This document shows, piece by piece, positions 35,748 through 43,767 of a stretch of 64,000 nucleotides of DNA. Location: NCBI GenBank assembly GCA_028821395.1, contig JAPPGP010000141.1, positions 17,491 through 81,490 on the forward strand, written 5' to 3'. Origin of the DNA: Defluviicoccus sp. Lineage in GTDB: Bacteria; Pseudomonadota; Alphaproteobacteria; MPNO01. A model generated the notes under the pieces. That model saw only the letters and a list, made by a program, of their open reading frames with translations, made no database searches and was not told the DNA's origin. The position numbers were made by a program, and so were the translations under genes. The first letter of the stretch is position 1; the number at the start of each line of letters is the position of its first letter.

Positions 35748-38315
35748 TCACACGTCCTTGCCGTTGTAGCGCAACACGAGACAGGTGATGTCGTCCGACT
35801 GCTCGGCGTCGCCGACGAACTCGCCGACGGCCAGGGTGACGTTGCCGATCACCGTGTCCACCGGCGCTCCCGGGCCGATCGAGAGCGCGCTCTCGAGGCG
35901 GCTCTCGTCGAAGGTTTCGCCCTGAATGTTCATCGCCTCTGAGATGCCGTCGGTATAGAGAAACAGCGTATCGCCGACGCCGAGCGTCACCCGGTTCTCG
36001 TCGTATTCCAGCTCCGGCAGCACACCCACGGCGACGCCGCCGGTCAATGGCAGCGTCTCGATGGCGCCGGTGGTTCGGATGAGGAAGGGCGCGTTGTGAC
36101 CGGCATTGGCGTAGGTAAGAATCCCCGTCTTCGGGTCCAGGATGCCGTAGAACAGGGTCACGAACAGGTCGTGCGGGTTCTCCGACGAGATCCGGTCGTT
36201 GACCACGCGCATGCAGGCGCCGGCCTGGCCGATCTCCTGGGCGCTCGCGCGCATGACAGTCCGCGTGATCGCCATGAAGAACGCCGCGGCCACGCCCTTG
36301 CCGGAGACATCGGCGATCACCAGGCCGAGCCGGCCGTCCGGCAAGCTGAAATAGTCGTAGAAATCGCCGGCCATCTCGCGCGCCGGCGTCATCACCGCGT
36401 CGCCGGAATAGGCGTTATCGGGCGGCAGGGTCTTGGGCAGGATCGCGTGTTGCAGGGAGTGCGCGACCGCGAGCTCGTCTTCCATCCGGCGGTTGGCCTC
36501 GTCGAGCAGGGCGTTCTTGTTCGCCAGGTCGAGCGTGCGCTCGGCGACCAGGGCCTCGAGGTGCTCCCGCCGGGCCTGAACCTCGCGCGCCATGGTCTGG
36601 AAGGTGTGGATCAGCCGTCCGAGCTCGTCGCGCCGGTCGCGGAAGGGGTCGAGCGAGTCGGGCTCGAAGCTGCCCTGGTCCATTTCACCCGCGGCCTGGG
36701 TGAGCGCCGTGACCGGCCGCGTGATCCGGCGGGCCGACATGATCGCGGTCACCGCCCCGATCAGGAAGGCGGCGAGAGTGATCGCGAGTCCGAAATCGAT
36801 GTAGTCGCCCAGCAATTCGTCCAGATGGTCGCGCGGCATGTGGATCACCGCGACGCCGGTGGCGACGCCGCCGCGATCCAGGATGGGCGCCGCGACATGC
36901 AGCGCGTCGTCGCTGATGAAGGACTGCGTGGCCCCCTGGACGGCTCGGCCGGCGAGCGACCTGTCGGACGATCCGAACACCGGGCGCGGTCCGTGGTGCC
37001 CGGCGCCGGCGGCGACCGCGGCGGTGACCTTGAGGGATTCGTCGACCACCCAGATCGCCCGTATGCCGGGCTGAGCGGCCAGCGAGTCGAGCGCCGCGGC
37101 GAGGCCGATGGTCTCGCGCAGGCCCGTCGTCTTGTTGGCCACGCTGCCCACCAGAACGGTCCGCCCTTGACGGGAGCGAACCCCGAGATAGCGCAGCGGC
37201 AGCTCCAGGCCGTCCCTGGGCACGGACTTGAACGAGACCGAGAAGCGCCGCCCGGAGATCAGGGTCTGGAGGACCGGTCCATCCATTTCCCCGAGCGAAA
37301 TGTCGACGCCGGCCTGGCCGATCCCGTTGGTCGCGCGCACCGACGGCGTTCCCTCGGCGTCCAGCACCCAGACATCGTCGACGGCGGTGTTCGCCGTGAT
37401 TTCCGCGAGCTCGATGGAGAGCGCGCGGTCGTCGTCCCCCAGAATGTCGGCAAGTTGGCCCACCGCGATGGCTTGCGCCTCGTTCTCCGACACGATCACG
37501 CGGTCGATCTCGTCCGCGATCACCCCGACCCGGTTGGCTTCGCTCGCGATCAGCCCCGCGACCATCCGGGCCTGGTTTTCCGCCTGGTCGATCAGCGTGT
37601 CGCGCGCCAGCAATCCCAGCGCCACCGCGACGCTGAGAATGGCGATACCCACCGATCCCGTGACGATCAGGATCAGATGCCGCGACAGGCTGATGCTGGT
37701 ATCGCGGCGGCGCACATGGGCGAACCGCATCACCAGGGCGACGAGGCCGGCGAAACCGAGGAACCACCCCATCGCGTAGAGGTAGATCCAGAAAGAGAGC
37801 TGCGGTCGGGCGAGCGCGGCGATCACCGTGTCGACCCGGAACACCATCTCGGGGACGCCGATGACGGAGGCGGTGGCCGACGCCATCACGATGATCAGGA
37901 AGTAGTTGGTCCACGACGGCAGGAACAGCAGCGCCTCGGTGGTCTGGCCCCGCCTGAGATGCCGCAGCGCGGCGAGCGCGTTGTCGGAGACAAATCCCGC
38001 GACCGCGATCGAGAGCGCCAGCGACGCCTTGAGCCATACCGGCACGGTGAACGCGATGCCGAAGACCACGAAGCTGCCCGGGACCATATAGGCGAGGTAG
38101 AACAGCATGACGAAGGTCGGCGCGCTGGCTGCGACCAGCGTCAGCGCGCTGGCGCCCTGGCTCACGCGGCGAATGCGGCCGCCGCGCAATGCCGCGAGCG
38201 CCGCCCCGAGAACCGTGCCGATCGCCATCGCGACCAGCGAAACCAGCATGTTCCAGCCGAATCCGACCGCCAGATACGGCGTCCAGGTAATCAGGACGTC
38301 GACGACGTTGGGCAT
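35748..38315 (-). CDS. fusion protein: polar-amino-acid ABC permease-type TMD + TM-flanked periplasmic sensor domain + HAMP + PP2C/SpoIIE (RsbU-like) phosphatase
   Basis: 855 aa. Residues 1-200 align by eye with HisM/GlnP-type permeases (...LPSWTNYFLIIVMASATASVIGVPEM versus [26 protein letters not shown]). TM helices lie near 213-236 and 507-527 and flank a ~270-aa hydrophilic domain. HAMP (RRITRPVTALTQAAGEMDQGSF...ELGRLIHTFQTMA). PP2C motifs MAGDFYDYF, IADVSGKGVAAAFF, LYTDGISEA, QSDDITCLV. Confidence 0.85.
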   Translation of the reverse strand: MPNVVDVLITWTPYLAVGFGWNMLVSLVAMAIGTVLGAALAALRGGRIRRVSQGASALTLVAASAPTFVMLFYLAYMVPGSFVVFGIAFTVPVWLKASLALSIAVAGFVSDNALAALRHLRRGQTTEALLFLPSWTNYFLIIVMASATASVIGVPEMVFRVDTVIAALARPQLSFWIYLYAMGWFLGFAGLVALVMRFAHVRRRDTSISLSRHLILIVTGSVGIAILSVAVALGLLARDTLIDQAENQARMVAGLIASEANRVGVIADEIDRVIVSENEAQAIAVGQLADILGDDDRALSIELAEITANTAVDDVWVLDAEGTPSVRATNGIGQAGVDISLGEMDGPVLQTLISGRRFSVSFKSVPRDGLELPLRYLGVRSRQGRTVLVGSVANKTTGLRETIGLAAALDSLAAQPGIRAIWVVDESLKVTAAVAAGAGHHGPRPVFGSSDRSLAGRAVQGATQSFISDDALHVAAPILDRGGVATGVAVIHMPRDHLDELLGDYIDFGLAITLAAFLIGAVTAIMSARRITRPVTALTQAAGEMDQGSFEPDSLDPFRDRRDELGRLIHTFQTMAREVQARREHLEALVAERTLDLANKNALLDEANRRMEDELAVAHSLQHAILPKTLPPDNAYSGDAVMTPAREMAGDFYDYFSLPDGRLGLVIADVSGKGVAAAFFMAITRTVMRASAQEIGQAGACMRVVNDRISSENPHDLFVTLFYGILDPKTGILTYANAGHNAPFLIRTTGAIETLPLTGGVAVGVLPELEYDENRVTLGVGDTLFLYTDGISEAMNIQGETFDESRLESALSIGPGAPVDTVIGNVTLAVGEFVGDAEQSDDITCLVLRYNGKDV

Positions 38316-38317
38316 CG

Positions 38318-39925
38318 CTACGTCCCGTGCGCCCTACGTTCCCAGCCGCGGAGCGCCCACACCGTGGCGAAGACCAGCAGGAAGTAGCACAGCAGCAGCA
38401 GGTTCATCATCACGACGTCATTGCCCTTCTCGGCGACGATCGCCGTGCTGGCGTGCACCAGCTCCGGCAAGGCGAGCGTGCTCGCCATCCCGGTTGCCTT
38501 GACGATGTTGACGGAATTGCCCGCCACGGCGGCGTGGCACAGATCCAGCGCCCGGCGGAACTCGCCCACGGAGAACCCCAGCCTGCCGCCGGGACCGGCC
38601 GCCACGTCCGCGGCAAGGGAGAACGACACGGCGTTGCTGGCCGCGGCGTAGAGCGACAGCACTGCGGCGGCAAGCGAGAACGCATCGAGCGTGAAGCCGT
38701 AAGCGAACAGGATGCCGCCGATCCCGAAGAAGAAGACGTATAGCTGAAGCAACGGGGGCGTCATCCGGAGCACCGCGCACAGCCCCTGCAGGCACGGCGC
38801 CACGACGACGGTCCGGCGATGCAGGATCCAGCCGAAGAGGGCGCCCAGCACGATGCTTCCCACGACCGTCGCGACGGAGAGCGCGACCGTCAGGAACAGG
38901 CCGTGGAGAAATACGTTGCGGTCGAGCGGATCGTAGACCGGGCTCACGTCGAGACCCGTCGATTCCTTGAACGCCATGGATATCGCCGACAGGCCGCCCA
39001 GCTCCTGGCTGGTGACGAGCGCGCGTTCCCGGCAGGCCAGCGGCCAGCTTCCCACATCGTCGCGACGGCATACGAATTCGCCGGATTCGTCGGTCTCCCG
39101 CCAGGTCTCGCGCGCTTTCCGCAAGTAGGGCGAGGGGGGCAGGTTCCACAGCTTCTCCAGCTCCTGGAGGAACCCCTCGCGGTGCCACTTCGCCAGGGTG
39201 TCGCCGAGCAGACGGTCGAGCGGTCCGCCCCCCTCCTCCTTCCTGATCGCGATCGCCCAGGGCGCCACGAAGCGCGTCGGCAGCGACACCGCAAACCCGT
39301 CCCACTCCCCGCTCGCCAGGGCGCTCAACAGGTTGACCTCGTCGTACAACCAGCCGACGCAGTGACCGTTTCGCAAGGCGAGCGCGGCTTCGCGGGTGGA
39401 GTTGAGGGAGATGGTGGTGACGAGGAGGCGTTGGGCGGCCAGGCGGTTCCATATCGAGCCCTGGACGCTGCACAGCGTCCGACCGCGCAGGTCCTCCCAC
39501 GAGGAGATTCCCGAGTCTTCCCGCATCAGCACGTTGGCGCCGTCGCCGTAATACTGCGGTTCCACCATGTGGACCAGCCGCCGGCGGGCGAGGTTGTCGC
39601 CCAGCGTCGCGACGACGACATCGATCTCGCCCCGCGCCAGCTTCTGCAGCCGGTTCGCGCTGGTCACCGGGGTCAGCCGCACCGGCACGCCGACGGCCTC
39701 CGCCAGGCCGCCCGCGACGTCGACGTCATAGCCCACCAGCTTGCCGGACTCGTTGCGCTCCCCGAAGGGGTGGTAGTCCGCCTTCACGCCGACGATCAGG
39801 TGGCCCCGCGCCCGTATTTCGTCGAGCCGGTCGGCCGCCGCCGGGCCCGCGCCCAGCAACCAGGCGGTGCTCAACAGGAGCACATGAACGAGAAGCGAAA
39901 ATCGCCGGAGCGAACCTTTCGTCAT
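38318..39925 (-). CDS. fusion protein: SBP_bac_3-type periplasmic amino-acid-binding domain + polar-amino-acid ABC permease-type TMD
   Basis: Preferred ATG is at 39925, giving a signal peptide MTKGSLRRFSLLVHVLLLSTAWLLGAGPAAA. An in-frame GTG at 39946 is the alternative. SBP region: RGHLIVGVKADYHPFGERNESGKLVGYDVDVAGGLA. C-terminal TMD: VLRMTPPLLQLYVFFFG ... AGNSVNIVKATGMASTLALPEL. The stop lies 2 nt before the start of the next gene. Confidence 0.85.
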   Translation of the reverse strand: MTKGSLRRFSLLVHVLLLSTAWLLGAGPAAADRLDEIRARGHLIVGVKADYHPFGERNESGKLVGYDVDVAGGLAEAVGVPVRLTPVTSANRLQKLARGEIDVVVATLGDNLARRRLVHMVEPQYYGDGANVLMREDSGISSWEDLRGRTLCSVQGSIWNRLAAQRLLVTTISLNSTREAALALRNGHCVGWLYDEVNLLSALASGEWDGFAVSLPTRFVAPWAIAIRKEEGGGPLDRLLGDTLAKWHREGFLQELEKLWNLPPSPYLRKARETWRETDESGEFVCRRDDVGSWPLACRERALVTSQELGGLSAISMAFKESTGLDVSPVYDPLDRNVFLHGLFLTVALSVATVVGSIVLGALFGWILHRRTVVVAPCLQGLCAVLRMTPPLLQLYVFFFGIGGILFAYGFTLDAFSLAAAVLSLYAAASNAVSFSLAADVAAGPGGRLGFSVGEFRRALDLCHAAVAGNSVNIVKATGMASTLALPELVHASTAIVAEKGNDVVMMNLLLLCYFLLVFATVWALRGWERRAHGT

Positions 39926-39942
39926 CGTGAAACAGGCACCGA

Positions 39943-40701
39943 TCACGGCCGCGCCACGATCAGAAAACCGTAGCCGACCGCCGCCGGGGCGACTGCGCAG
40001 GCCAGATCGTCCAGCTTACCCAGCAGGGAGTTGCCGACCACCGCGGTCTCCGGCAGCAGGCTTTCCGCCTCGACGCTCTCGATTCGGAAGCCGGCGGTCG
40101 ACAATTCATCGCGTGCCTCGGCGGGCGAGAACAGGTGATAGAACATCTCGATACTACCAGCCTCGGAACGGCGCGCGTACAAAACATCGCCGGGCTCCAG
40201 ATCGCCGTCCCGCACCATCGGGGCTGCGGCGCGCTGTTCCGCGTGGAACCTGCGTCGCGCATTGGGCAGGCTGAGCACCAGAACGCCGTCCGGCTTCAGG
40301 ATTTCCCGGATCGAGGCGAGCACAGCCGCGCGCTCCTTCCGCCCCGCTATATGGGCCAGGACGCCGAATGCGAGCAGCGCGAGGTCGAATCCGCGCGGAA
40401 ACGACTTGGCCAGGGCCGCCGCGTCGGCGTTGCGCACCGAGAGACGTTCGCCGCCGATGAAGGTCGCCAGACGCTCCGACAGCATGCGGCAGGCGGTCGG
40501 GCAGACGTCGTAAGCCACGCCCGTCGCGCTTGTGTGTTGCAGGAGGGGCAGGGTGTAGCGCCCCGTCCCCGCGCCGAAATCGACAAAGCGGCCGTCCGCC
40601 GGCATCAGGCGCAGCACCCTCCGCAACGTGCGCCGGTTCGGGGCCGGATAACGGCGGTCGTAGAGCCCCGATGCCAGATACTCATCGTAGCTGTGGGACA
40701 T
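39943..40701 (-). CDS. class I SAM-dependent methyltransferase
   Basis: 252 aa from the ATG at 40701 (alternative upstream ATG at 40809). SAM motif I VDFGAGTGRYTLPL and post-I/II motifs DLALLAFGVLAHI, LKPDGVLVLS. First gene of the minus-strand operon. Confidence 0.75.
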   Translation of the reverse strand: MSHSYDEYLASGLYDRRYPAPNRRTLRRVLRLMPADGRFVDFGAGTGRYTLPLLQHTSATGVAYDVCPTACRMLSERLATFIGGERLSVRNADAAALAKSFPRGFDLALLAFGVLAHIAGRKERAAVLASIREILKPDGVLVLSLPNARRRFHAEQRAAAPMVRDGDLEPGDVLYARRSEAGSIEMFYHLFSPAEARDELSTAGFRIESVEAESLLPETAVVGNSLLGKLDDLACAVAPAAVGYGFLIVARP

Positions 40702-40918
40702 GTCCGGCGCGATCGCCTGAGATTCGGCCACGCCGGCGGCCACGCAATCCTTGATGCCGCTGGGTGAGATGTTGGCGTCTCCGCTGGCCCCATCGAGATG
40801 CCGACGCATCACGTGGAGATATGAAATACGGGTCGCGCCGCCCGGTAGCGGAGAGCGGTGCTCAAATTCTCTCGAACTCGGATAAATTCTGCCCGGGCTC
40901 GAGATTGTCGCTGCCTCC

Positions 40919-40930
40919 ATTGTTGACAAT
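40919..40930 (+). promoter_or_regulatory. palindrome ATTGTTGACAAT containing a TTGACA -35-like hexamer; related half-sites at 40904-40909 (ATTGTC) and 40968-40973 (GACAAT)
   Basis: Read directly in the unusually AT-richer 368-bp divergent intergenic region between the methyltransferase/sensor operon and the SBP-amt genes. AATAGT/ATAGTA lies 18-19 nt downstream of TTGACA. Confidence 0.3.
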
Positions 40931-41069
40931 TTTGGTCCCAGGTTCAAATAGTAAGTCCAGACCCCTCGACAATCCAAGCCGGGTTGCGACGTTCTGACGC
41001 AGGGATGGTGGGTCGGTGCCGCGTTGTGAGCGGCATCCCGGATCGGTCGGTCAGGAGGAGCAAGGAAGG

Positions 41070-41978
41070 GTGAAGCTGCGACGAGCGGGCCGGTTGAGCG
41101 TCCCGAGGACGGCGGTAGCGCTGATCGGTGCGGTGCTGACGACGGTCGGCGTCGCGGCGACGGCGGCGGCAGAGAGCGTGCTGAGCCGAATCGCCGAGGA
41201 CGGATTGCTCCGCGCCGGCACCCGGGCCAGCGCCGCACCGTTCGCCCAGAGAATGCCGACCGGAGAATTTCGCGGATTCTCCGTCGATCTTCTGCAGGAG
41301 ATTCGGGCCGCGGTGCAGCGCGAGGTGGGCCGCCCGGTGCGCATCGAGCTTCATGAAGTCACGCCGAGCGACCGTCTGCAGCGGGTCGCCCGGGGCGAGC
41401 TCGATATCGTCTGCGGCATCACCACGCCGACCTGGGACAGGGAGGCGACCGTCGATTTTTCGCTTCCCTTCTTCCGCGACGGTACCCGGGTGATGGTGTA
41501 CCGGCGCGGCGCCGGAGAGACCGTCGATGTCGCGAAGCTCAATATCGGCGTCGTCAAGGGCACCACGACCGTCGACGTTCTCAAGGACAGCCTCCCGGGG
41601 ACGCGGCTCAGCGAATTCCCCAACATGGCCGCGGCGATGAGCGGGTTCGAGAAAGGCGAGGTCGACGGGGTCGCCAATGTCGGCGTCGTGCTGCTCGGTC
41701 TTGCCGAGCGCAGCGAGCCACGGCGCAGCGTCGTGCTGCTGCCGAGGACCCGAGCCCTGGCGACGGAAAGCCTCGCCTGTGTGCTGCCGCAGAACGACAG
41801 CCGCTGGCGGGATCTGGTCAACCGAACCCTGGTCGGCATGTTCGGCAACGTGCAGCAGTTCAGGGGACGCTACGAAGAAGTCTACAATCGTTGGTTCGGG
41901 CGGGACGGCGCGTTGTTCTACCCGCTCGATCGCGCGACCCGCGACTATCTCGCCGACGTGTCCATCTGGGCCAAGTGA
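41070..41978 (+). CDS. periplasmic amino-acid-binding protein (SBP_bac_3 family), free-standing
   Basis: Preferred GTG is at 41070, just downstream of AGGAGG and GGAAGG RBS-like elements (the track ORF opens at 41016). Signal peptide (..TAVALIGAVLTTVGVAATAAA). LRAGTRASAAPFAQ...FRGFSVDLLQEI...GELDIVCG is typical of the family. Confidence 0.8.
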   Translation: MKLRRAGRLSVPRTAVALIGAVLTTVGVAATAAAESVLSRIAEDGLLRAGTRASAAPFAQRMPTGEFRGFSVDLLQEIRAAVQREVGRPVRIELHEVTPSDRLQRVARGELDIVCGITTPTWDREATVDFSLPFFRDGTRVMVYRRGAGETVDVAKLNIGVVKGTTTVDVLKDSLPGTRLSEFPNMAAAMSGFEKGEVDGVANVGVVLLGLAERSEPRRSVVLLPRTRALATESLACVLPQNDSRWRDLVNRTLVGMFGNVQQFRGRYEEVYNRWFGRDGALFYPLDRATRDYLADVSIWAK

Positions 41979-42109
41979 TCGCCGGGTTTTCTCCGCACCC
42001 GCGGCGCGGCCCGACAGACTCCGGCGGCGCGGCAAACCCATCGAGGTTGATTGCCGCCCCGTTCGCGGCCTATAAGAATGGCATTCCCTGAACCGTAGTT
42101 TCTGTTCGC

Positions 42110-43666
42110 GTGACTTCCCGAGAACGGCTGGATGGCTGCGCCGTGAGCGCCAATGCGAACCGGAGGGCATGTAATATCATGTCGCACATCGCGAATTCGA
42201 TCGGATCGATGGCCACCGAACGCAGGCCGGGGGGTGGATCGACCCCGTCAGGCGCCACGCGGTTCGATGCGGGACACCGCGACGGCGCTCGGGACGACGG
42301 CGTCTCGCCAGGATGGCGGCGCGCCGCCCCGCTCGGCCTCGCCGTCGCTGCCCTGCTGCTGCTTCCGGCGGGCGCGCATGCGGCGGTGGCCGACGAGACG
42401 CAATTCGTCCTGAACAGCTTCTCGTTCCTGATCTGGGGCGCGCTGGTGATGTGGATGTGCGCCGGTTTCACCATGCTCGAATCGGGCTCGGTGCGCACCA
42501 AGAACGCCTCGGTCATCTGCCTCAAGAATATCGGCCTCTATTCGATCGCCGGGTTGATGTTCTACCTCGTCGGCTACAACATCATGTATGTCGGGGTCCC
42601 CGAAGGCGGCTGGTTCGGCACGCTGACGCTGTTCTACGGCACCACCGGCGAAGAAATGGCGCTGCTCGGCGGCGGCGACGACGCGGCCAAGGCGGGCGCC
42701 GCGGTGGTCAAGAACGGCTACTCGACGATGTCCGACTGGTTCTTCCAGATGGTGTTCGTCGCCACCACCGCCTCGATCGTCTCCGGCACGCTGGCCGAGC
42801 GGGTCAAGCTCTGGTCCTTCCTGCTGTTCATCACCGTGCTCACGGCGATCATCTACCCGGTCATCGGGTCGTGGACCTGGGGCGGCGGCTGGCTGTCGGA
42901 GATGGGCTTCCAGGACTTCGCCGGTTCGACGATCGTCCACTCGACGGGCGGCTGGGCGGCGCTCGCCGGGGCGCTGGTGGTCGGCGCGCGGAAGAACAAG
43001 TTCCGCGCCGACGGCAGCGTGAAAGTCACCCCGCCATCCAACGTGCCCGCGGTGACGCTGGGCGTGTTCATTCTCTGGCTCGGCTGGTTCGGGTTCAACG
43101 GCGGCTCGCAGCTCGCGCTCGGCGGCGCCGCCGATGCGGTGGCGATCAGCAATATCCTCGCCAACACCAATCTCGCCGCGGCCGCGGGCGTGATCGCCGC
43201 GATGGCGCTGTCGCGTCCGGTTCTCGGGCGCGTCGATCTTCTCGCCAGCCTGAACGGCGCGATCGGCGGCCTGGTGGCGATCACCGCGGGGCCCGACATC
43301 GTCCAGCACTACTGGGCGGTGATAATCGGCGCGGTCGGCGGCTGCATCGTGGTCCTCGGGATCAAGCTGCTCGACCGGCTCAAGGTCGACGACGTGGTCG
43401 GGGCGGTTCCGGCGCATCTGTTCGCCGGCGTCTGGGGCACGCTCGCGGTGTGCATCGCCGCGGGCGGCGATATAGGTGTGCAGATCACCGGCATCCTGGC
43501 CATCGGGGCGTTCGTGTTCGCCGCCTCCTGGGTGGTATGGTGGGCGATCGATGCGACCATCGGCGCCCGCGTCACGCCGATAACGGAAGAGCTGGGGCAG
43601 GATGTCGCGGAGCTGGGAATCGAAGCCTATCCGGAATTCGTCGTCGTCCCCGACATGGACGACTGA
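42110..43666 (+). CDS. amt: ammonium transporter (Amt family)
   Basis: The core from ...FLIWGALVMWMCAGFTMLESGSVRTKN to ...DVAELGIEAYPEF shows Amt signatures (FAGSTIVHSTGGWAALAGALVVG, WFGFNGGS). The start is uncertain (ATGs at 42110, 42179, 42209). A cleavable signal-like segment LGLAVAALLLLPAGAHA is present. Confidence 0.9.
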   Translation: MTSRERLDGCAVSANANRRACNIMSHIANSIGSMATERRPGGGSTPSGATRFDAGHRDGARDDGVSPGWRRAAPLGLAVAALLLLPAGAHAAVADETQFVLNSFSFLIWGALVMWMCAGFTMLESGSVRTKNASVICLKNIGLYSIAGLMFYLVGYNIMYVGVPEGGWFGTLTLFYGTTGEEMALLGGGDDAAKAGAAVVKNGYSTMSDWFFQMVFVATTASIVSGTLAERVKLWSFLLFITVLTAIIYPVIGSWTWGGGWLSEMGFQDFAGSTIVHSTGGWAALAGALVVGARKNKFRADGSVKVTPPSNVPAVTLGVFILWLGWFGFNGGSQLALGGAADAVAISNILANTNLAAAAGVIAAMALSRPVLGRVDLLASLNGAIGGLVAITAGPDIVQHYWAVIIGAVGGCIVVLGIKLLDRLKVDDVVGAVPAHLFAGVWGTLAVCIAAGGDIGVQITGILAIGAFVFAASWVVWWAIDATIGARVTPITEELGQDVAELGIEAYPEFVVVPDMDD

Positions 43667-43767
43667 GGGATGGCCTGCCTGCCCCGGCGGCCCGCATTCG
43701 GGTACAATGGGGCGCGACACCGGCCGAAGGCGTGCGTTCATGGAATCAGCCGCAGGACACGAAGACG

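Noticed and set aside
41979-42209. Sigma-54 promoter upstream of amt (TGGCATTCCCTGAAC).
   Set aside because: It has the TGGCA half but no GC dinucleotide at the required -12 spacing. Not supported.
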